Position numbers and translations under genes: made by a program
In this document: positions 17,326-23,551 of the stretch, piece after piece
Position numbering within the stretch: the first letter of the stretch is position 1
Layout: each line of letters begins with the position of its first letter
Source of the DNA: a virus
Taxonomy: Duplodnaviria; Caudoviricetes
DNA length: 25,228 nucleotides
Virus record (IMG/VR): IMGVR_UViG_3300045580_000568
Span: 1-25,228 of that record
Strand: one strand, 5' to 3'
Notes under the pieces: model-generated
What the model was told of the DNA's origin: nothing
Seen by the model: the letters and a program-made list of their open reading frames with translations, nothing else
The model's database searches: none

Positions 17326-17966
17326 TGTCTATACTTCCTGTAGGTCGAAGAGCCGAGATGGTCGGGCAGATGTTTAAGCTGGCTAATGATATGATTAGTC
17401 AGCCTTCTGCTGCTGGTCAATCGCCCATGCCGAACGACCTGCCAGACGCTAGTATTGCACCTGCTAATGATGAGGCAGCGTTGCCCAGTTCGGAGATGGG
17501 CAACGCTGCTGATGATTCAGCAAGCTTTCACGATTTTGTTTACAAGCAATTGCAGTCATCTTTAGGTATAGATCCTCAGATAATATCCAGAAAGAGTAGT
17601 TCTTTAATAAAATTTGAAGAAGACATAGACTCTGGAAAAATGTCTGGTCATTTCTTGGTTCCAGTGGAATTGCCTAGTGGCGAACGTGTTTCTCACGAAA
17701 AAGCCAAGGAAATAGCTGCTGCTGTATTTTCTCAATTTGGACTAAAGGGAAAGATAGGAAGAGATGAGAAGAGGAATTTCTATGTCATATCTTTTGTGAC
17801 AAAAGAAGCAGAAGTTCCAAAGAGTTCAAATGAAGGATCATTTTCAAATTTGCCAGACAATGAAGTTGAAAAAAAGATAACTACAGCATCAGTTCAGAAT
17901 GATATGATTAGTATGAGAAAGAACATGCTTGTGGATGCTCTTCGAAGAAATGGATACATAAAATGA
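17325..17966 (+). CDS. Hypothetical protein
   Basis: 213 aa, TAATG overlap with the upstream gene and ATGA overlap with the downstream gene. Confidence 0.65.
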   Translation: MSILPVGRRAEMVGQMFKLANDMISQPSAAGQSPMPNDLPDASIAPANDEAALPSSEMGNAADDSASFHDFVYKQLQSSLGIDPQIISRKSSSLIKFEEDIDSGKMSGHFLVPVELPSGERVSHEKAKEIAAAVFSQFGLKGKIGRDEKRNFYVISFVTKEAEVPKSSNEGSFSNLPDNEVEKKITTASVQNDMISMRKNMLVDALRRNGYIK

Positions 17967-18640
17967 TATTTAGAAATAAAGATGCTGCTAACAGTTCCAT
18001 ATTTGGAGATAGTAAACAAGAGGAAACAAAGGCTCCTGCTGCGGATGATTCTTTTCTCGAGTCTATGAGAAGAAAAGCATGGAGTGAGCCAAGCAAAGGC
18101 GGAGATGGGATAAGAAATTCAATAAATAGAGCATCTTCTTCATCTGATGATGCTTCTCGTTCTGGAAGAGCATTTTTAGGAATGCATTCTGCTAGAAGCA
18201 TATTCGACAACTCCACATCTTTAGAAAAAAGCGCAGACAGCAGGCTGATTTCAGACATTAAAAAAATAGAAGACAAGGCAATTCGTAGCGCTCAAGAGAG
18301 TGAGCGACGATCAGTGTCTAATCCTGCTGGAGAAGAATTCAAGGCTAGCTCTTCCATGCACGCAAAGGAGCATGGAAGAATGGGCACTTCAGCCAGGAGC
18401 GTAAGCATATTTGATGCAAAGCCTTTTGAGCGTCTTTCAGATAAAAAAGCTGATCTAAAGAAGGATCAAGTGGCGAGTTCTGAAAAAACAGCATCTTTAT
18501 CTGCTGGAAGGCAAATGACTTCTAATTCTGTTTTTGAGAAATCTTTCGATTCTCTAAGTCAATCAGAAAAAAAAGATACTGTTCACCAAAGTTCTGTTGA
18601 TAGAATATGGAATGCTCTGAAAGGAAAAGAGAATGGCTAA
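17963..18640 (+). CDS. Hypothetical Ser/Lys-rich protein
   Basis: 225 aa, repeated S-I/V-F-D/G/E motifs (SSIFG, RSIFD, VSIFD, NSVFE), plus RSAQ and KTAS. Confidence 0.65.
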   Translation: MIFRNKDAANSSIFGDSKQEETKAPAADDSFLESMRRKAWSEPSKGGDGIRNSINRASSSSDDASRSGRAFLGMHSARSIFDNSTSLEKSADSRLISDIKKIEDKAIRSAQESERRSVSNPAGEEFKASSSMHAKEHGRMGTSARSVSIFDAKPFERLSDKKADLKKDQVASSEKTASLSAGRQMTSNSVFEKSFDSLSQSEKKDTVHQSSVDRIWNALKGKENG

Positions 18641-19643
18641 TGTTTTTAATTTTAGCAAATTTTCACAATTAACAGATTCTGTTCCTGCAAGAGAAACCAT
18701 TACAGAAGATCCAGCATTTGGATCATCTGCTAATCCGTCATTGCTTATGGATCAGGCTCCAGATGCTTCTGGGTTTCCAGCAGATGAAATGGAATCAGCG
18801 ATCAGTGTTCCTGTTTTTAATAATGGATGCGAGCTTTTTAATAAACTTAAAGAGTATAGCCAGGGTAAGAAGGATCCCGGAGAAGCTTATTCAGAAGTAT
18901 GGAACAACTATTTTGCAAAGTTTGTTTCAGGAAGCGAAGGTTCGTCTGCTTTTGAGGATGGCTTGAAGAGATTTTATGAGCAGCCATACGACAGCAACGA
19001 AGCTAACAAGATAGCAATGGATCTATTCGAGATATATAAAAACATGGCTGGAACTACCACTCAACCAATAATGGCCGAACAGAAAGCAGCATCAGATATC
19101 GACTCCATAGTCAAGCTTAGCGATGATGCCATTTCTGCCATGGCAAGAACCTCAGCGAAAGCAAGATCTTCCAAGTCTTACAACATGGCTAAGATAGCCC
19201 AGCACAAGTCCATGGTTGATTCTGTTATAATGACTGGTCCAAATCAAGTAAGTATTTCTCCATTTACCAGAGACTTGCAGTCATCAATGCACCTTGTTGA
19301 GCAAAACAAAGGCTTTGGCCTGCGCGTTGGCGATATACTCGACATAGACTTCGAATCCATATGGCGCAGCAGCGTCATGGATAAGTACTACCGAAGCACC
19401 AGAGATTCTTCTGGAATGTACGGTGGTGGATACATAGATGATAAGTTTGAAGTGAATAGATACATTCCAGAAGGCAACAACTATCAGTTGCCTCCCGGAA
19501 TTCGCAATAGACCATACATACCAGAATCTGGTTTGTTAGAAGCAAGAATGGAAGTCGCCCGTGGTCAGAAGGACAGACTCAGCGATCCAAGAAAATTCGC
19601 AAAAGTGTATAATCATTCTTTTTCCAATAAAAAAAAAGTCTGA
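18633..19643 (+). CDS. Hypothetical protein (putative head-associated), short form of a possibly frameshifted gene
   Basis: 336 aa. VFNFSKFSQ and YNMAKIAQ motifs. Ends AAT AAA AAA AAA GTC TGA. Confidence 0.75.
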   Translation: MANVFNFSKFSQLTDSVPARETITEDPAFGSSANPSLLMDQAPDASGFPADEMESAISVPVFNNGCELFNKLKEYSQGKKDPGEAYSEVWNNYFAKFVSGSEGSSAFEDGLKRFYEQPYDSNEANKIAMDLFEIYKNMAGTTTQPIMAEQKAASDIDSIVKLSDDAISAMARTSAKARSSKSYNMAKIAQHKSMVDSVIMTGPNQVSISPFTRDLQSSMHLVEQNKGFGLRVGDILDIDFESIWRSSVMDKYYRSTRDSSGMYGGGYIDDKFEVNRYIPEGNNYQLPPGIRNRPYIPESGLLEARMEVARGQKDRLSDPRKFAKVYNHSFSNKKKV

Positions 19644-19849
19644 CTCTTAATAAGAATGCCAACAGGATAATTAGTCCAGGAGAAGCCCTTGACCGGGCTT
19701 TTTCTGTTATAGATGGTCCAAAGACTAATCCTAATAAGGGCAAGAAGCGTCTATGTCCTATATGTCAAAGCGATTGCGCGGCTGATGCTGGCAGTTGCCA
19801 CAATTGTGGAGCGATACTCTCGGAGAGAAACGCTGTCTATGGAAAATGA
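19631..19849 (+). CDS. Zinc-ribbon C-terminal extension of 18633 gene, reached by -1 frameshift or slippage
   Basis: -1 frame is open from the A-run to TGA 19847-19849 and has no ATG/GTG/TTG. It encodes SLTLNKNANRIISPGEALDRAFSVIDGPKTNPNKGKKRLCPICQSDCAADAGSCHNCGAILSERNAVYGK. Confidence 0.65.
   Translation, partial: KKSLTLNKNANRIISPGEALDRAFSVIDGPKTNPNKGKKRLCPICQSDCAADAGSCHNCGAILSERNAVYGK
19683..19703 (+). terminator. Intrinsic terminator-like hairpin
   Basis: AAGCCC-TTGACC-GGGCTT followed by TTT (5 T after the GC core), 40 nt downstream of the 19643 stop. The stem is short. Confidence 0.4.
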
Positions 19850-19868
19850 ACCATCCGAAATGTAGATT

Positions 19869-22800
19869 ATGACAAAGAAAAACAACAAGGAAAATGAAGT
19901 CTTAAAGACATCTCAGTCATCTGGGGACATGAGCAAGCTTGCCTCTGGAGGTGCTGTTCATATGCCCATTACTAAGGCTGCTCAGTACGTTGGAGGCTCC
20001 GCAAGCACCATATTTACTCAGCCTATGTTCTTCAGTCCGCTTCATACTCCCCAGAACTGGCAGATAGCAAGCAAGAGAAGGGAAGTAACCCAGTGGGCAA
20101 GATTCTACTATGAGAATGAGCCCAAGGCTGCCGCTGGAGTTGATTTCTATGCCAATTTTCCCATGAACGGGTTTAAGTTGGAATGTAAGGACAGAAAAGT
20201 TCTTGCATTCTTTGAGCATATGGTGGAAAAGCTAGATCTGGATGGCTGGCTTCGCAAGATCAGTCACGAGTACTACTTGATAGGCGATGTTTTCGTATTC
20301 ACAGAAGTTGAATGTCCGGTTTGCAATGGAACTGGAGAGCGTTCTGATGGAATGATATGCAATCATCCAGACGGGGTCATAAAGAGAATACTAGTATTGA
20401 ATCCAGACTTCGTTGAAGTGCAGCGCACTCAACTTGCAGACGAGCCATCGGTGGTGCTTCTTCCAGATGATGACTTGAAGAAGGTTGTTTCTCAGAAGCG
20501 ACCTCTTGAAGTGTATAACAGAATACCAGAGAATGTCAAGAAGATGGTGATGTCTGGCGCTCCCATACCTCTTTCTCCAAGATGTGTAAGTCATATAAAG
20601 AGAAAAGGAGCGCCCTACGGCACTTACGGAGAATCTTTGCTTAGAAGACTATTCACGATTATATCTTATAAAACAAAGCTAATGACGGCAAATTGGATTG
20701 CTGCAGAGCGTCATATTCTTCCAGTTCGAGTGGTGAAGGTGGGCAGCGAAAATCGTCCTGCAAGCGAAGCCGATATTGCCGATGCTCAGTCTCAACTTGC
20801 TTCGGTTGCAAACGATCCCAATCTTACCATCGTAACACATCATGCTTTTGAAATGGACTTTGTCGGAGCTACAGGTAAAATTCATGACATGAGCACTCAG
20901 ATGGAGGCCATAGGCAAAGAGATGCTTGATGGTCTCATGCTGCCTCAGACATTGCTCAACGGCGAGATGGCAGGGTATTCTTGTCACGATGAATCAACGC
21001 TCACTCTTACTGACAGTGGCTTTAAGAGATGGGATGAAATAAATGCTAACGACAAAATAGCATGCTACAACCCTGATACTAAGGAATTAGAATATCATAA
21101 CTATATAGACAAGCATGTGTACGATTTCAATGGAGAAATGGTTCAGTTTTCCACTGACAAGATAGATATATGTGTCACGCCAAACCATAGAATGTGGTCT
21201 GCAAAGAGAGATAGTGATATATTTGAGTTTATAGAAGCCAAAGATGTAAAACCAAGAGCCTCATTTGTTGGTGTTGTTCAGGGTTTCTGCGGTAATAGCC
21301 AAGACAGCTTTGTCATAGGAGACTTAGAAATTCCAATTTATCAGTATTGTGAACTAGCAGGATTGTTTGTTAGCGAAGGATATACATCAAAAGACAAGCG
21401 AAGAAGTGGCAATCGTCACACTTTTAGCATATGTCAAAAAGAAAATGGCAAAGCCTTTGAAAAAATTGAAGATTGTCTTGACAAGACAAATATGAATTAT
21501 TGGATAAACAATAATGCGTTTAATGTATGGAGCCCCTGTTTGGCTGATCACTTTCATGAAGAATACGGCCATAGATCAGTTAACAAAAAATTGCCTACAT
21601 GGTTAAAAAATCTTTCTCCAGAATATCTTGAAATACTTCTGAAAGCAGCTCTTGCTGGAGACGGATATGAGCATCGCCACCATGGTCGTAAGGCTAATAA
21701 TTATGTCTATTGTACATCTAGCAAGCAGTTGAGTGAAGACATTGCGGAAATTGCTTTTAAATGCGGATATTCAGTAAAAATAGTTAATAGAAAAAGTAGG
21801 ATAAGCAACAAGAAGTATTTCAATGAAAAGGGTTATGAAATAGCGACCAGGCATGCTCAGTACGAAGTTCAAATATCAAATGGATTTAAAGGAAGAAAGC
21901 CTACGCTTTGCTCTAAGTCATTGAAATATGCCAATAAGGAAAAGACGCTTGTTCCCTATTCTGGCAAAGTATTCTGCTTCACTGTTCCCCATGGCATATT
22001 CGTCACCATGAGAAATGGCAAAATAGCCATACAGGGAAATTCAGCTGCAGTAGGAGTCGAAACATTAATAAGAAGGCTAGAGACATGGAGGAACGAACTT
22101 GCTCAATGGGTGGAGAAGAATATATTTCTTCCAGTTGCTCAAATGCAGGGATTCGTTGATGTTTTTAAGTCAAAACTAGTAGGGGAAACGGTATATCTAT
22201 ATCCGAGGCTCAAGTGGAACGATCTGAATCTAAGAGACAATACGTCAAAGTTGCAAAACTTAATGCAATTGCATGACAAAGGTCTCATATCAACTCAGAA
22301 ACTTTTAGAAGAATTTAATATAGATTATGACACTGAGATAAATAGGCTGAGAGAAGAGCAGATAACAGCAGGTAAGGGCGGTTCTGTCATCGGAGGGTCT
22401 GGTGGGGGTGGAGATTCTGGTGGCGGAATGCCACCACTGGCGGGCGGCGGACCTCCACCTGACATGGGCGGCGGACCTCCTCCTGATATGGGCGGCGGAC
22501 CTCCTCCTGACATGGGCGGCGCTGGCGGTATGCCGCCGCTTGCAGGAGCAGAGGCACCACCTGCTGGAGGTGAGGCTGGAGGTGGCGCTCCGCCACCAGC
22601 GGCAGGAGGACTATCTTCATCGGCAGGAGTCATACCTGATAAGATATACAAGAAGGGAAAGGCTCCCAAGGCTGAAAAAAAAGATACCCATCCTTCTGAG
22701 CAGCCCAAGCCTGTTTACCTTACCAAGCCAGAGCAAAAACTTTATTCTATATTGTCAAGGCTAAAGATTCCTTATAGACTGTTTGCGCAGTTCAAGCAGA

Positions 22801-23135
22801 ATACTCCTTATTCAACTAGTCCTTATCTGTTGGACTTTGCTTATCCAGAGATAGGAATAGACCTTGAGGCAGATGGAGACTTCTGGCATTCTGATCCAGA
22901 GTCTGTTTCTAGGGACAAGCAGAGAGATGAAAACCTGGCTTCTATGGGATGGCGTGTTGTCAGAATCAAGGAGCATGCATTGAATAATTCTGCTGACGAA
23001 GTTGAGAAGATAGTCTATGCCAATATAAGGGAAGCAGCTTTAGAAAGAAAACAGTTAAATAAGAAGGCTTCATCAGGTAAAATAAGTATCATAGATAGCG
23101 AATTATGCACAGTGTACAAGCCAGCGGAAGAATGA
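19869..23135 (+). CDS. Portal protein with intein, Gly/Pro linker and C-terminal DUF559/Vsr-like endonuclease domain
   Basis: Lies between terL and the protease. Portal-like features: 'R.YY..EP.....VD....FP..GF', 'Y..IGDVF', 'LNPD.V', 'H.K.....YG.YG.S.L', 'I...ML.GL..P..LL.G....YS/SA.V', 'W..LNL', 'KGLIS.Q.LL'. Predicted 735 aa after splicing. Confidence 0.8.
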   Translation: MTKKNNKENEVLKTSQSSGDMSKLASGGAVHMPITKAAQYVGGSASTIFTQPMFFSPLHTPQNWQIASKRREVTQWARFYYENEPKAAAGVDFYANFPMNGFKLECKDRKVLAFFEHMVEKLDLDGWLRKISHEYYLIGDVFVFTEVECPVCNGTGERSDGMICNHPDGVIKRILVLNPDFVEVQRTQLADEPSVVLLPDDDLKKVVSQKRPLEVYNRIPENVKKMVMSGAPIPLSPRCVSHIKRKGAPYGTYGESLLRRLFTIISYKTKLMTANWIAAERHILPVRVVKVGSENRPASEADIADAQSQLASVANDPNLTIVTHHAFEMDFVGATGKIHDMSTQMEAIGKEMLDGLMLPQTLLNGEMAGYSCHDESTLTLTDSGFKRWDEINANDKIACYNPDTKELEYHNYIDKHVYDFNGEMVQFSTDKIDICVTPNHRMWSAKRDSDIFEFIEAKDVKPRASFVGVVQGFCGNSQDSFVIGDLEIPIYQYCELAGLFVSEGYTSKDKRRSGNRHTFSICQKENGKAFEKIEDCLDKTNMNYWINNNAFNVWSPCLADHFHEEYGHRSVNKKLPTWLKNLSPEYLEILLKAALAGDGYEHRHHGRKANNYVYCTSSKQLSEDIAEIAFKCGYSVKIVNRKSRISNKKYFNEKGYEIATRHAQYEVQISNGFKGRKPTLCSKSLKYANKEKTLVPYSGKVFCFTVPHGIFVTMRNGKIAIQGNSAAVGVETLIRRLETWRNELAQWVEKNIFLPVAQMQGFVDVFKSKLVGETVYLYPRLKWNDLNLRDNTSKLQNLMQLHDKGLISTQKLLEEFNIDYDTEINRLREEQITAGKGGSVIGGSGGGGDSGGGMPPLAGGGPPPDMGGGPPPDMGGGPPPDMGGAGGMPPLAGAEAPPAGGEAGGGAPPPAAGGLSSSAGVIPDKIYKKGKAPKAEKKDTHPSEQPKPVYLTKPEQKLYSILSRLKIPYRLFAQFKQNTPYSTSPYLLDFAYPEIGIDLEADGDFWHSDPESVSRDKQRDENLASMGWRVVRIKEHALNNSADEVEKIVYANIREAALERKQLNKKASSGKISIIDSELCTVYKPAEE
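20982..22040 (+). mobile_element. Intein with LAGLIDADG homing endonuclease (353 aa)
   Basis: N-junction GYS|CHDESTLTLT.SGFK (block A), TPNHRMW (block B), LAGLFVSEG and LLKAALAGDG (LAGLIDADG blocks C/E), YSGKVFCFTVP (block F), C-junction IAIQGN|S. Confidence 0.92.
22443..22514 (+). repeat. 24-nt tandem repeat x3 (GGGPPPDM)
   Basis: GGCGGCGGACCTCC(A/T)CCTGA(C/T)ATG at 22443, 22467 and 22491, flanked on both sides by GGMPPLAG. Confidence 0.95.
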
Positions 23136-23136
23136 T

Positions 23137-23550
23137 ATGATCAAAACATCTGCAAAAAGAATAAAAGATCGTAACATTTCATGGAAAGAGGCTTATACGG
23201 AAAGAACACAGCCTCTTAAGGATCGCTACGATGAGCAAATCGGGCTTGGGTCTTATTATCGTTGGGAGGGTCACGACTACACCACGAACAGTGACTACTA
23301 CGTGGTGTGCTCTCCTGCGAAGACAAAAGATCTCGATGATGCTTTTTTTGCGGGAATAAAGAAGCTGCCACCTATATACAAGAGGGATGTAACCAAGGTT
23401 TATTCTCCCTATGGCAAGTATTTTAACAACATATCAAGTGCCCTCAGCTTTTTGAGTGAGAAATACAACATACCATACCCAAAAGGTCAGGTTAACTACA
23501 CAGATGAAAATTTGCACGGCATAAAAATACCTCGTTTTATAAAGGCATAA
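23137..23550 (+). CDS. Hypothetical protein between portal and protease
   Basis: 137 aa, Tyr-rich, with 1-nt gaps to both neighbours. Confidence 0.7.
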   Translation: MIKTSAKRIKDRNISWKEAYTERTQPLKDRYDEQIGLGSYYRWEGHDYTTNSDYYVVCSPAKTKDLDDAFFAGIKKLPPIYKRDVTKVYSPYGKYFNNISSALSFLSEKYNIPYPKGQVNYTDENLHGIKIPRFIKA

Positions 23551-23551
23551 A

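Noticed and set aside
22443-22514. 24-nt direct repeats as a possible CRISPR or other non-coding array
   Set aside because: No spacers. The units are contiguous, in frame, vary only at third codon positions, and encode GGGPPPDM.
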